This document shows positions 17,369 through 25,391 of a DNA stretch of 32,000 nucleotides, piece by piece. The notes under the pieces were generated by a model. It was not told the DNA's origin. It saw nothing but the letters and a program-made list of their open reading frames with translations, and did not search any database. Positions within the stretch are counted from its first letter, which is position 1, and each line of letters starts with the position of its first letter. A program made the translations under genes and the position numbers. Origin of the DNA: Methylorubrum extorquens (GTDB lineage Bacteria; Pseudomonadota; Alphaproteobacteria; Rhizobiales; Beijerinckiaceae); assembly GCA_900234795.1 (NCBI GenBank), contig LT962688.1, positions 3,270,001 to 3,302,000 of the forward strand, written 5' to 3'.

Positions 17369-19228
17369 CTATTCCGCGGCGTGTTTCGGGCGCGGGTCGC
17401 GCGCCCGGGCGCTGTCATCGAAGCTGTCGGCGAATTGCAGGCTCGCGAGCTGCGCGTAGAGGGCGCCGCGGGCAAGCAGGCTTTCGTGCGTGCCCTCCTC
17501 GACGATCTTGCCGCCATCGAAGACGAGGATGCGGTCGGCCGCGCGGATGGTTGCGAGCCGGTGGGCGATCACCAGCGTGGTGCGGCCCTGCATCAGCCGG
17601 TCGAGGGCGTTCTGCACCGCGCGCTCGCTCTCGGCATCGAGCGCCGAGGTCGCCTCGTCGAGGAGAAGGACCGGCGCATCCTTCAGGATGGCGCGGGCGA
17701 TGGCGATGCGCTGGCGCTGCCCGCCCGAGAGCGTGGTGCCGCGCTCGCCGAGCATTGTCGCGTAGCCCTGAGGCAGGGCACGGACGAAGCCATCGGCGTT
17801 GGCGAGGCGCGCCGCCTCCTCGACCTCCGCCTCGCTGGCGCCGGGGCGCCCGTAGCGGATGTTCTCCAGAACCGTGCCGGAGAACACCACCGGGTCCTGC
17901 GGCACCAGGGAGAGGCGCGCGCGCAGGGCGTCGAGATCGGCCTGCGGCAGCGGCACGCCGTCGATCGTCACGCGGCCCTCGTCGGGGTCGTAGAAGCGCA
18001 GCAGCAATTGCAGCACCGTGGTCTTGCCGGCCCCCGAGGGACCGACGAGGGCGATGCGCTCGCCGGGCGCCGCGGTGAAGGAGATGCCGTCCAGCGCCGC
18101 GTGTTCGGGCCGGGTCGGGTAGCGGAAGCGCACCGCCTCGAACGCGACCGCGCCACGGGCCGGGCTCGGCAGCGCGACCGGGTGCTCGGGGGACTTGATC
18201 GCCGGCTCGGCGGCCAGGATCTCGCCGAGCCGCTCGGCGGCGCCCGCGGCCTGGGCGAGTTCGCCGTAGACCTCGGAGAGCTGGCCCAGCGCGCTGGCGC
18301 CGAACACGGCGTAGAGCACGAATTGCGAGAGCTGGCCGGCGCTGGTGGTGCCCGCGAGCACACCCTTAGCGCCGTACCACATCACGCCGACGACCGAGGC
18401 CGAGATCAGGAAGATCGCCACGCCGGTGAGCAGGGCGCGGGCCGTGATCGAGACCCGCGCCGCCCGGTAGGCATTCTCCGAAGCTTGCGCGAAGCGCTCG
18501 GCGGTGGCGCGGCCCATGCCGAAAGCCTGCATGGTGCGGACCGCCCCGACGGCTTCCGCCGCGTAGGCCGAGGCGTCGGCGAGCCGGTCCTGCGCCGCGC
18601 GCGAGCGCCGCCGTACGCCGCGGCCCGACAGGATCAGCGGAAACACGATGAGCGGAATCGCGGCGAGCACGAGGATCGACAGGCCGGGGCTCGTCCAGAC
18701 CATCATCACCACGGCGCCGACGAACAGGAACAGGTTGCGCAGCAGGATCGAGATCGAGACCCCGAACACCGCCTTGACCTGCGTAGCGTCCGCCGTGAGC
18801 CGCGAGACGATCTCGCCTGATTGCGACTTGTCGAAGAAGGTCGGGTCGAGGCTCGTCAGCCGTGCGAACACGGCCGAGCGCAGATCCGCGACGACGCGCT
18901 CGCCCAGCGTCACCACCGAAAAGTAGCGGCCCGCACTCGACACCGCGAGCACCGCCACCACCACGAGCAGCGCCAGGAAGTAGGAATTGATGAGGGCCTG
19001 CCCCTCCGGCGAGAAGCCGTGGTCGATCACCCGGCGAATCGCAATCGGCACGACGAGCGTCGCGCCCGACGCCGCGATCAACGAAATCAGCGCCGCGAGG
19101 ATGCGGCCCCGGTAGCGGCTGGCGAAGGGAATCAGCGGCTTGAGAGCTCCGAGCGGCGCCCGCCCCCGGAGAGCCGCCTGCGGATCGTCTCCTGCGCCGG
19201 ACGACGCATCACGCTTGCGGGCCATCAT
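17369..19228 (-). CDS. ABCB-type exporter, fused permease/ATPase (MsbA/ATM1-like)
   Basis: Six-TM N-terminal domain followed by Walker A GPSGAGKTT, signature LSGGQRQRIAIARA and Walker B LLLDEATSALD. The start is ambiguous (ATG 19228, 19225 or 19291). Confidence 0.9.
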   Translation of the reverse strand: MMARKRDASSGAGDDPQAALRGRAPLGALKPLIPFASRYRGRILAALISLIAASGATLVVPIAIRRVIDHGFSPEGQALINSYFLALLVVVAVLAVSSAGRYFSVVTLGERVVADLRSAVFARLTSLDPTFFDKSQSGEIVSRLTADATQVKAVFGVSISILLRNLFLFVGAVVMMVWTSPGLSILVLAAIPLIVFPLILSGRGVRRRSRAAQDRLADASAYAAEAVGAVRTMQAFGMGRATAERFAQASENAYRAARVSITARALLTGVAIFLISASVVGVMWYGAKGVLAGTTSAGQLSQFVLYAVFGASALGQLSEVYGELAQAAGAAERLGEILAAEPAIKSPEHPVALPSPARGAVAFEAVRFRYPTRPEHAALDGISFTAAPGERIALVGPSGAGKTTVLQLLLRFYDPDEGRVTIDGVPLPQADLDALRARLSLVPQDPVVFSGTVLENIRYGRPGASEAEVEEAARLANADGFVRALPQGYATMLGERGTTLSGGQRQRIAIARAILKDAPVLLLDEATSALDAESERAVQNALDRLMQGRTTLVIAHRLATIRAADRILVFDGGKIVEEGTHESLLARGALYAQLASLQFADSFDDSARARDPRPKHAAE

Positions 19229-19402
19229 TCCTCGACATCGTTTCGTCCCGTTCCGTGCCGTTTCTGTCGTGTCGTCTTTGCCTGGGACCATCGCATACGC
19301 AGCGACCGCCCGGATTTCCAGTTCGTGCGGGACGAGCGGGCGGATCGCGGCCGATATCCCTGGCATCGTTTTGCGGAAAACCGCCGATGCGCCCGCGCTC
19401 TC

Positions 19403-19431
19403 TTGTTCCTCGTCCGAGGCTGAGGTATAGG
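19403..19431 (+). promoter_or_regulatory. candidate sigma-70 promoter for rpmE
   Basis: TTGTTC-N17-TATAGG, about 90 nt upstream of the rpmE ATG. Pattern match only. Confidence 0.25.
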
Positions 19432-19521
19432 CGCGCCTTCATCGGAATGCGCGCGATGTTTTGCCCCTGGCTCCTCCCCTGAGTGGCGGGGCTGGTCGGC
19501 GTGCTACCTCAGGAATTCGTC

Positions 19522-19776
19522 ATGGCAAAGAACGAGGCCGGCAAGGCCAAGGGGACCGAGCACCCCGACTACCACTTCATCAAGGTCGTGATGACCGATG
19601 GCTCCGACTACAAGACCCGCTCGACCTACGGCAAGGAAGGCGACGTCCTCAACCTGGACATCGACCCGTCCACGCACCCGGCCTGGACCGGCGGCGAGCA
19701 GAAGATGCTCGATCGCGGCGGGCGCGTCTCGCGCTTCAATTCGCGCTTCGGCGGCCTCGGCTTCGGCAAGAAGTGA
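19522..19776 (+). CDS. rpmE: 50S ribosomal protein L31
   Basis: [66 protein letters not shown] 19522 is preceded by AGGAA at a 6-nt spacing. Confidence 0.95.
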   Translation: MAKNEAGKAKGTEHPDYHFIKVVMTDGSDYKTRSTYGKEGDVLNLDIDPSTHPAWTGGEQKMLDRGGRVSRFNSRFGGLGFGKK

Positions 19777-19810
19777 TTGTTGGATTTGGGCGCGAGCCCG
19801 AATCGACCAG

Positions 19811-19836
19811 ACGGCGCCGCTCGCGGCGCCGTTTTC
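19811..19836 (+). terminator. intrinsic terminator of rpmE
   Basis: ACGGCGCCG-CTCG-CGGCGCCGT stem (about 9 bp) followed by TTTT, 35 nt after the rpmE stop. Confidence 0.6.
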
Positions 19837-20111
19837 GTGTGCGCGGACGATCTGACGGCAAGGCCCGCACATGCGGCGTCTGCGGATCGGACGGCAGACT
19901 GAACCGAGTCGGGCAACGGCGTGCGGCCGTCGGCCTGCATTCCTGTCGCGAGCCGAACGGTGAAACGGTTCGGCCAAATCGATTCGGTTAAGGCAACCCG
20001 GGCCGGGGCGTCAGCCCGCGGGACCGACACAGGGCGCGTCGAGCGCGCATGCCGCGCGCGCTCCGGATCCAGCCCGGAATGCGGGCCGGATCGAGGCAAG
20101 GACGGTTGAAA

Positions 20112-20645
20112 TCACTCTCCGCCGAACGCGGCGCGCAGACGGCCGAACTGGGCGGTCACCGGGCTTTCCCGCGGCACCGGGGCGGGACGATCCTCGCTGA
20201 TGAGCGCATCGAGGTGGAGGATGCGCGAGTGAAGCCGGCGCGAACGGCGCACGAGATCCTGAAGCCGCAGCGGCAGGGTGGTGAAGGCATCGCCGGCCTC
20301 GGGCAACGCGCGCTCCGGCTCGGCGAGCTTGACGCGGGTCTTCTCCTCCTGCGCCTGAACCAGCGAGATCTCACCCTCGGAGACGGCGCGCTGCACCAGC
20401 AGCCATGAGGCGATCTGCATCAGCCGGGTCGTGAGGCGCATGCTCTCGCTGGCATAGGCGAGCGTGGCATCGCGGGAGATCAGCCGCGATTCGGAGCGCC
20501 CTTCCCCATCGAGATAGGCCGCCGTCTCCTCGACCAGCAGCATCCCCTCGCGGAACAGGGTCTTGAAGCCTTCCGAGGTCACGTAGGACTGGCCGAAGCT
20601 CACCCACTCGCGATCGTCCCGGAACGTCACGTCGAACTCGGTCAT
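20112..20645 (-). CDS. DUF1465 family protein (RcdA-like regulator of CtrA degradation)
   Basis: MTEFDVTF..VSFGQSYVTSEGFKTLFREGMLLVEETAAYLDG..ASESMRLTTRLMQIASWLL is the DUF1465 pattern. ATG 20645 is preceded by GGAGG. Confidence 0.8.
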   Translation of the reverse strand: MTEFDVTFRDDREWVSFGQSYVTSEGFKTLFREGMLLVEETAAYLDGEGRSESRLISRDATLAYASESMRLTTRLMQIASWLLVQRAVSEGEISLVQAQEEKTRVKLAEPERALPEAGDAFTTLPLRLQDLVRRSRRLHSRILHLDALISEDRPAPVPRESPVTAQFGRLRAAFGGE

Positions 20646-20819
20646 CCTGCCTCCTGTACCGCCAGCGAACCATCTGCCCCGGATCGGGACGATGCCGGTG
20701 CGAATGCGGCCAGTGGGGCAAGTGTAGCGCCGAACGCGAGCCGAAAGGAGGTTCACGTCTTTTTAACGTTAACGGCCCCAGCCGGCATCAGGCCCGAAGC
20801 GCCGCGCGCGGAGAGAGGC

Positions 20820-20851
20820 AAAAAAAGAAGCCGCCCCAGGAGGAGCGGCTT
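20820..20851 (-). terminator. strong intrinsic terminator on the minus strand
   Basis: The minus strand reads AAGCCGCUCC-UCCU-GGGGCGGCUU, a 10-bp stem with one G.U pair, followed by C and UUUUUUU. On the plus strand the same stem has a C.A mismatch and no U tract, so the orientation is minus. Confidence 0.75.
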
Positions 20852-20928
20852 TCGTGAGTCTTACAGGGAGGCATCAAGCAGACTGGAAAGAGATCCCAAT
20901 CAGGATCCAGACAATCTGGATGTGCCTC
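20820..20928 (-). ncRNA. candidate small RNA (about 100 nt, 5' end uncertain) ending at the intrinsic terminator
   Basis: A locally AT-rich island in a roughly 70% GC genome. There is no credible ORF: the only one, 20788..21033, reads through the terminator. Contains hairpin AUCCAGA-UUG-UCUGGAU (20905-20921), possible pairing of GAGGCA with UGCCUC, a GCCUCCCUG stretch and a CUCCUCCU terminator loop. Confidence 0.4.
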
Positions 20929-20944
20929 TTCGTAGAACGGAAAG

Positions 20945-20960
20945 GTTAACGCTCCGTTAA
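20945..20960 (-). promoter_or_regulatory. perfect CtrA-box consensus TTAA-N7-TTAAC
   Basis: The minus strand reads TTAACGGAGCGTTAAC. TTAA is very rare in this window. The box sits just upstream of the sRNA candidate. One reading makes the first half-site a -35 element, with TTCTAC 17 nt downstream. Confidence 0.45.
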
Positions 20961-21132
20961 GGGCCGGGCCGGCGCGGCGGGAATCGTCGGCACAGGCCCG
21001 TGAAGACCCAAGCCGGGACGCGCGCGATCGCAACAGAGCGGTCCGATAGCCACCGCCACCCGCCGCATCGGTCGCGGAATCGCTCGAAGCGGCGCACCGG
21101 CGACCGGGGCTGTCATGAGTTGGGCGCCGTCA

Positions 21133-21161
21133 TTGACTTGCAGCGCCCCCTCCGCCATAAG
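21133..21161 (+). promoter_or_regulatory. candidate sigma-70 promoter for rpmH-rnpA-yidC
   Basis: TTGACT-N17-CATAAG, about 135 nt upstream of the rpmH ATG. Pattern match only. Confidence 0.3.
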
Positions 21162-21294
21162 CCGCGCCATTGCGAAGCGGCGCCCCGTTCCGGGCGCCCT
21201 TCGCGTTTGCAGATCCCATTTCGAGGCTTACGCACGGTCCGCGCGCTCATCGGCAGCGCCGCCGGGCCGATACCTCGGCCGCCGGAGACCGACC

Positions 21295-21429
21295 ATGAAG
21301 AGAACCTATCAGCCCAGCAAGCTCGTTCGGAAGCGCCGCCACGGCTTCCGCGCCCGCATGGCCACCGCCGGCGGCCGCAAGGTCATCGCGGCCCGCCGCG
21401 CGCACGGCCGCAAGCGCCTCTCGGCCTGA
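21295..21429 (+). CDS. rpmH: 50S ribosomal protein L34
   Basis: [49 protein letters not shown] lies 6 nt upstream. It is embedded in a longer artefactual track ORF. Confidence 0.97.
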   Translation: MKRTYQPSKLVRKRRHGFRARMATAGGRKVIAARRAHGRKRLSA

Positions 21430-21504
21430 TACGTCCCCCGGCGCCGCCCTTCGCGCGACGCCGCCTTTTGCAACACGAGCCCGCGAATCGGGATCGGAGC
21501 GCCC

Positions 21505-22002
21505 GTGCCGACGATCGGACGTCTCCGGCGGCGCCCGGACTTCCTGGCAGCCGCCCAGGGCCGGCGTTTTCATACGGAACGCATGAGCGCCCAAGGGCGC
21601 CTGCGCGATCCGGGCGAGACGCGCGACGGCGCGACTGCCGAGGGCCTCTTCCTCGGCTTCACCATCACCAAGCGCGTAGGGCATGCGACCGAACGCAATC
21701 GGATACGGCGACGCCTGCGCAGCGCCGTCGCCGCCGTGGCGGCGGATGCGCCTGCGATCGGAGCGGATGTCGTGGTGATCGCCCGGCGCCCTGCCCTCGA
21801 TGCCCCGTTCGACAGCCTCGTCGCGGATCTGCGCCGCGCGCTCCATTCGGTGACGCGCCCGGCCACGCCGCGCTCCAGCGACTCCGCCCGACCGACTCCA
21901 CCGCGACGCGGCGGGTCCCGCTCCGGGCGCGGTGCGTCGGCTGGCGGCCCTCCGCCCTTCCCCCCCACATCGAAAGCGCCTGACGGATCGACCGATGGGT
22001 AA
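21505..22002 (+). CDS. rnpA: ribonuclease P protein component (with an unusually long low-complexity C-terminal tail)
   Basis: GTG start. [17 protein letters not shown]...[22 protein letters not shown]...DVVVIAR is the RnpA pattern. It occupies the conserved position after rpmH. Confidence 0.88.
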   Translation: MPTIGRLRRRPDFLAAAQGRRFHTERMSAQGRLRDPGETRDGATAEGLFLGFTITKRVGHATERNRIRRRLRSAVAAVAADAPAIGADVVVIARRPALDAPFDSLVADLRRALHSVTRPATPRSSDSARPTPPRRGGSRSGRGASAGGPPPFPPTSKAPDGSTDG

Positions 22003-23845
22003 CGACAAGACGAACATGTTCGTCGCCATCGCCTTGTCGCTGGTGGTCCTGCTTGGCTGGCATTACTTCGTCACCGGGCCGGCCAGCGAGCGGCAGCGAC
22101 AGGCGGCGCAGAGCCAGACCGCACAGACGGGTGCGCCGCAGACGGCCGACGGCATCCCGTCGCCGAGCCCGCGCGAGGGCAGCCCCAACGCGCCCGCGCC
22201 CGGCACCCTGCCGGGCGCCGCGGCGCAGGGGCCCGTCTCCCGCGAGGACGCGCTGGCCCGTTCCGCGCGCGTCCGCATCGACACGCCGGCCCTCTATGGC
22301 TCGATCGGCCTCAAGGGCGCCCGCATCGACGATGTGAGCCTGAAGAACTACCACGAGACCGTCAGCGACGAGAGCCCGCGCATCGTGCTGCTCTCGCCCA
22401 CCGGCAGCGCCAACCCGTACTATGCTGAGTTCGGCTGGGTCGGCGCCAATGCGGGTCCGCTGGCCAATGCCGACACCCTCTGGAAGGCGGACGGCGATCT
22501 GCTGGCGCCCGGCCGGCCGCTGACGCTGACCTGGGACAACGGCCAGGGCCTCGTCTTCAAGCGCATCGTCGCCGTGGACGACAAGTTCATGTTCACGGTG
22601 CGCGACGAGGTGGAGAACACTTCGGCCAACCCGGTGACGCTCTATCCCTACAGCCTCGTCTCGCGCTGGGGTAAGCCGCAGACCCAGGGCTATTACGTCC
22701 TGCACGAAGGCCTGATCGGCGTGCTCGGCGGCGACGGCCTGCAGGAATACACCTACGACAAGGTCGGCAAGGAGCCGGCCTATGGCGGAGCCGCCACGCA
22801 GGGCAAGGCCTGGACGAACGTGACCGGCGGCTGGGTCGGCATCACCGACAAGTACTGGGCCGCCGCCGCGATCCCGGAGCAGGACAAGCCCTTCACCGGC
22901 GCCTTCACCGAGCGCACCGACGGCGCGACCAAGATCTACCAGACCTCCGTGCGCGGCGATGCCGTCACCCTGGCGCCGAACGCGTCGTCCGTGACGACGC
23001 AGCGCTTGTTCGCGGGCGCCAAGGAGGTCAACCAGATCAACGCCTACGAGCGCGAGTTCGGCATCAAGCAATTCGATCTGATGATCGACTGGGGCTGGTT
23101 CTGGTTCCTGACCAAGCCGATGTTCCGGGCGCTCGACTTCTTCTTCCACCTGCTGGGCAATTTCGGTGTCTCGATCCTGCTCGTGACGCTGATCCTGAAG
23201 CTGTTCTTCCTGCCGATCGCCAACCGCTCCTACGTCTCCATGGCCAAGATGAAGGCCGTGCAGCCGGAGATGACCTCCATCCGGGAGCGCTACAAGGACG
23301 ACCGGGTGAAGCAGCAACAGGCGATGATGGAGTTGTACAAGAAGGAGAAGATCAATCCGGTCGCCGGCTGCTGGCCGGTGCTGATCCAGATCCCGGTCTT
23401 CTTCGCGCTCTACAAGGTGCTGTTCATCACCATCGAGATGCGGCACGCGCCGTTCTTCGGTTGGATTCAGGACCTCGCCGCGCCCGATCCGACGAGCATC
23501 GTCAACCTGTTCGGCCTGCTGCCGTTCACGCCGCCCGAGTACATCCCGATCCATCTGGGCGTGTGGCCGATCATCATGGGCATCACGATGTTCATCCAGA
23601 TGAAGATGAACCCCGCGCCGCCGGACCCGGTCCAGGCGCAGGTCTTCGCCTTCATGCCGATCGTGTTCACCTTCATGCTCGGCTCGTTCCCCGCCGGCCT
23701 CGTGATCTACTGGGCCTGGAACAACACCCTCTCGGTGATCCAGCAATACGTCATCATGCGCCGCAACGGCGTGAAGGTGGAGTTGTGGGATAACCTCAGG
23801 GGCATGTTCAAACGCGGCAACAAGAGCGCCGCGGCCAAGGGCTGA
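21995..23845 (+). CDS. yidC: membrane protein insertase YidC
   Basis: [22 protein letters not shown] (N-terminal TM helix), a large periplasmic domain, then [44 protein letters not shown] (the YidC/Oxa1 core). I chose ATG 21995, which overlaps the rnpA stop by 8 nt. Confidence 0.95.
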   Translation: MGNDKTNMFVAIALSLVVLLGWHYFVTGPASERQRQAAQSQTAQTGAPQTADGIPSPSPREGSPNAPAPGTLPGAAAQGPVSREDALARSARVRIDTPALYGSIGLKGARIDDVSLKNYHETVSDESPRIVLLSPTGSANPYYAEFGWVGANAGPLANADTLWKADGDLLAPGRPLTLTWDNGQGLVFKRIVAVDDKFMFTVRDEVENTSANPVTLYPYSLVSRWGKPQTQGYYVLHEGLIGVLGGDGLQEYTYDKVGKEPAYGGAATQGKAWTNVTGGWVGITDKYWAAAAIPEQDKPFTGAFTERTDGATKIYQTSVRGDAVTLAPNASSVTTQRLFAGAKEVNQINAYEREFGIKQFDLMIDWGWFWFLTKPMFRALDFFFHLLGNFGVSILLVTLILKLFFLPIANRSYVSMAKMKAVQPEMTSIRERYKDDRVKQQQAMMELYKKEKINPVAGCWPVLIQIPVFFALYKVLFITIEMRHAPFFGWIQDLAAPDPTSIVNLFGLLPFTPPEYIPIHLGVWPIIMGITMFIQMKMNPAPPDPVQAQVFAFMPIVFTFMLGSFPAGLVIYWAWNNTLSVIQQYVIMRRNGVKVELWDNLRGMFKRGNKSAAAKG

Positions 23846-23887
23846 TACCGAGGGCTGACGCTCGACCGTCGAGCGCTGGCCTCCCAC

Positions 23888-23928
23888 GAGGGCATCGTCC
23901 TGGACGCCTGATCCAGGACGGTGCCCTC
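23888..23928 (+). terminator. long hairpin downstream of yidC (terminator candidate)
   Basis: GAGGGCATCGTCCTGGA-cgcctga-TCCAGGACGGTGCCCTC, a 17-bp stem with one G.U pair, followed by the T-rich ATCTATTGTTGT. Confidence 0.5.
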
Positions 23929-23940
23929 ATCTATTGTTGT

Positions 23941-23986
23941 GCATCATCTCCTTCCGAAAACCGGCCACCACCTTTCGGGACGATGC
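23941..23986 (+). repeat. palindromic intergenic repeat, copy D
   Basis: GCATCATCTCCTTCCGAAAACCGGCCACCACCTTTCGGGACGATGC, located between yidC and engB. Confidence 0.8.
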
Positions 23987-24093
23987 TCGAGCGGGGAAGA
24001 AGCCGGCAGCCGAGCGGAATGCGCCGCCGCGCATCGGCCGGCATCCCCCCATCCCTCCCCTTGCCCGCAAGGGGGGAAGAAGCGCGCAGCCTC

Positions 24094-24753
24094 ATGACCG
24101 ACGACCCGACAGACGCTCACTCCCCCGAACTGCTCGAAGCCGGCCGCCTGCTGTTTGCCGGTAGTGCAGACTTCGCCACCGCCGCCCCGGCCCTCGGGGC
24201 GTTGCCGCCGATGGAAGGTGTCGAGATTGCCTTTGCCGGCCGCTCCAACGTCGGCAAATCGAGCCTCGTCAACGCCCTGACCGGGCGCAACACGCTCGCG
24301 CGGACCTCGCACACGCCGGGGCGCACCCAGCAGCTCAACTTCTTCCGGATCGGCGAGCGCCTGACCCTCGTCGACATGCCGGGCTACGGCTATGCCGCGG
24401 TGGAAAAGGCCAAGGTCGAGGCCTGGACCAAGCTGATTCACGCCTACCTCAAGGGCCGGTCGAACCTCGCGCGCGTCTACCTGCTGATCGATTCCCGGCA
24501 CGGCCTCAAGGAGATCGACACCGATCTGCTCGACGGGCTCGACAAGGCGGCGGTCTCCTATCAGATCGTGCTGACCAAGGGCGACGCGCTGAAGAAGGCC
24601 GAGATCGAGAAGCGCATCGCCGGCATCCATGCCGCTTTGGCCAAGCGCCCGGCGGCCTATCCCGAAGTGCTGCTCACCTCCAGCCGCGACGACCGCGGCG
24701 TGGCGGAACTGCGCGCCAGCATCGCCCGGCTGCTGCAGGAACGCGGCGCGTGA
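24094..24753 (+). CDS. engB: ribosome biogenesis GTP-binding protein YihA/EngB
   Basis: G1 motif AGRSNVGKSSLVNAL, G3 motif DMPGYG and G4 motif TKGD. It occupies the conserved position after yidC. I chose the start at ATG 24094 (MTDDPTD). Confidence 0.9.
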   Translation: MTDDPTDAHSPELLEAGRLLFAGSADFATAAPALGALPPMEGVEIAFAGRSNVGKSSLVNALTGRNTLARTSHTPGRTQQLNFFRIGERLTLVDMPGYGYAAVEKAKVEAWTKLIHAYLKGRSNLARVYLLIDSRHGLKEIDTDLLDGLDKAAVSYQIVLTKGDALKKAEIEKRIAGIHAALAKRPAAYPEVLLTSSRDDRGVAELRASIARLLQERGA

Positions 24754-25121
24754 CCGGCCTCGACCGCGTTCTTGCCGCGCTTGCAGCGCTCGCCGGCGGG
24801 CTCGGCGTCGCGGCGAGTGCCGCCGCAGCGCATACCAGCGGCGGCGAGACGCTGAAGACGGCGGCGCAGTTCCTGCTGTTCCATGCTCCCGCCGTGCTGG
24901 CACTCACGGGCCTGACCGCGACCGGCTTCGTCCGCAGCGGCCTCGCCCGCCTCGCGGCGGCGGCGCTGCTGGTCGGCCTCGCGCTGTTCTCGGGCGATCT
25001 TGCTCTCCGCGCGCTGACGGGCACGCCCCTGTTTCCGATGGCAGCGCCCAGCGGCGGCGTGGTGCTGATGGCCGGCTGGCTGCTCGCGGCGATCGCTGTG
25101 CTGGTGCCCGCGCGGCGCTGA
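24750..25121 (+). CDS. DUF423 (YgdD/TMEM256-like) small membrane protein
   Basis: 123-aa protein with four hydrophobic helices and an AAAAH...FLLFHA pattern. The GTG start overlaps the engB stop as GTGA. Confidence 0.75.
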   Translation: MTGLDRVLAALAALAGGLGVAASAAAAHTSGGETLKTAAQFLLFHAPAVLALTGLTATGFVRSGLARLAAAALLVGLALFSGDLALRALTGTPLFPMAAPSGGVVLMAGWLLAAIAVLVPARR

Positions 25122-25391
25122 CCCCCTCGATTCAGACAAACCTGTGTGAGGGATGCGTGCGCCGATCCTGGCTCCCGCTCGCCGCCTGCCTCGACGAAGC
25201 CTTCCCGGCGGAGACCTTCTCACCCCCTCGCCGCGAGCCTCTGGTCGGAGAAGTGCACCGACCATGAGAGCGGTCCTCTGCGCCCCGTCCGCTTCACGAT
25301 TCTCGCCACCGGCGGCGACGAGGCAGGCGGCCTGAGGGATGCCGACCTCATCGTGGCGGGCGGCCCGGCGCAGGGCCGCCCGTAGTCGCTT

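Noticed and set aside
20788-21033. 81-aa minus-strand ORF in the rcdA-rpmH spacer
   Set aside because: It reads straight through a strong intrinsic terminator and its U-tract (FFFCL). It also has atypical codon usage. The region is better explained as a non-coding RNA plus promoter DNA.
20757-21294. Possibility that the AT-richer rcdA-rpmH spacer is the replication origin
   Set aside because: I found no DnaA-box-like TTATCCACA or TGTGGATAA sequences in the window, and only one full CtrA box. The rpmH-rnpA-yidC cluster is not origin-linked in most alphaproteobacteria.
21665-23887. Very long antisense or out-of-frame ORFs, for example 21665..23887(-), 27906..30167(+), 2919..4283(+), 13178..14386(-), 10431..11846(-), 16161..17231(+), 17381..18820(+)
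   Set aside because: They lie opposite or out of frame to clearly recognisable genes (yidC, clpB, permease, MotA-like, zapA region, dcyD-like, ABC exporter). Their Arg/Gly/Pro/Asp-rich composition is typical of shadow ORFs in roughly 70% GC DNA.
24057-24074. Hairpin CCCCTTG-cccg-CAAGGGG 20 nt upstream of the engB start, possibly occluding a G-rich Shine-Dalgarno sequence
   Set aside because: It is short, there is no second alternative structure, and conservation cannot be assessed here. This is too weak to propose a regulatory element.
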